64,000 nt of DNA from assembly GCA_964523525.1 (NCBI GenBank), contig CAZFYO010000001.1, forward strand, positions 65,068 to 129,067, in the 5' to 3' direction. This document shows positions 63,672-64,000 of the stretch, in pieces. The stretch's first letter is position 1. Each line of letters begins with the position of its first letter. This DNA is from an uncultured Elusimicrobia bacterium (GTDB taxonomy: Bacteria > Elusimicrobiota > Elusimicrobia > 2-02-FULL-39-32). Under the pieces are notes generated by a model. The model was given only the letters and a program-made list of their open reading frames with translations, was not told where the DNA came from and searched no databases. The position numbers and the translations under genes were made by a program.

Positions 63672-64000
63672 ATGGAAATCCTTCGTCCCGTTGTCCTCGT
63701 CACCGGCGGATCGCGCGGCATCGGCCGGGCGATTGCCGTCGCGTTCGGCAAGCGGAAGTACCGCGTCGCAGTTAATTACTTTCAATCCGATGATCAGGCC
63801 CATTCGCTCGCCGACGAACTGCGCGATCTCGGCGCCGAAGCTCTGCTCGTAAAGGCCGATATCTCCAATTCCAAAAAAGTCGTCAACATGCTCCACGTGA
63901 TCGAAGAAAAGTGGGGCGCCATTGATCTGTTGATCAACAACGCCGGCGTGACGCGCGACCGCTCGATTTTGAAGATGACGGACGAGGAATGGCGCGAGCC
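63672..64000 (+). CDS. fabG: 3-oxoacyl-ACP reductase / short-chain dehydrogenase, N-terminal part (runs off the window end)
   Basis: Absent from the ORF track (no stop in the window). My translation reads MEILRPVVLVTGGSRGIGRAIAVAFGKRKYRVAVNY...LLINNAGVTRDRSILKMTDEEWRE, with the TGxxxGIG and NNAG SDR motifs. Confidence 0.85.
   Translation, partial: MEILRPVVLVTGGSRGIGRAIAVAFGKRKYRVAVNYFQSDDQAHSLADELRDLGAEALLVKADISNSKKVVNMLHVIEEKWGAIDLLINNAGVTRDRSILKMTDEEWRE

Overview
GC-rich bacterial chromosomal window with densely packed operons and many 1-4 nt gene overlaps. I cannot assign a lineage from sequence alone. Omp85-type and PorV-like barrels ending in aromatic residues indicate a diderm. About half is housekeeping: leuCD, sdhCDAB, HU, folK, panB, panD, tRNA-Glu, gyrA, rsmA, hemD, suhB, cinA, metH, aroD, tgt-queA/queC-queF, bioB and fabG. 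The rest is envelope-related and unusual. (1) An ~11.7 kb plus-strand operon (24197-35911) encodes a CTD-only secreted protein, a PorV-like barrel with a TPR tail, a membrane protein fusing a FliF/YscJ-like ring motif to FliG middle and C-terminal domains plus TPR, a 1660-aa coiled-coil protein with a TPR tail, a 674-aa proline-rich coiled-coil protein and a 220-aa protein. No other flagellar, stator or export genes are in the window. A 640-bp structured non-coding region precedes it. (2) Giant surface proteins carrying T9SS-type C-terminal domains are each followed by their own PorV-like barrel gene. (3) A compositionally atypical AT-rich block (about 51.6-57.8 kb) contains an M23-peptidase-headed 1688-aa CTD protein. 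(4) A long minus-strand envelope operon (14504-6573) includes a PorV-like barrel fused to a coiled coil and LysM, plus an apparently degenerate kinase/receiver pair. No CRISPR array, rRNA or obvious transposase was seen.
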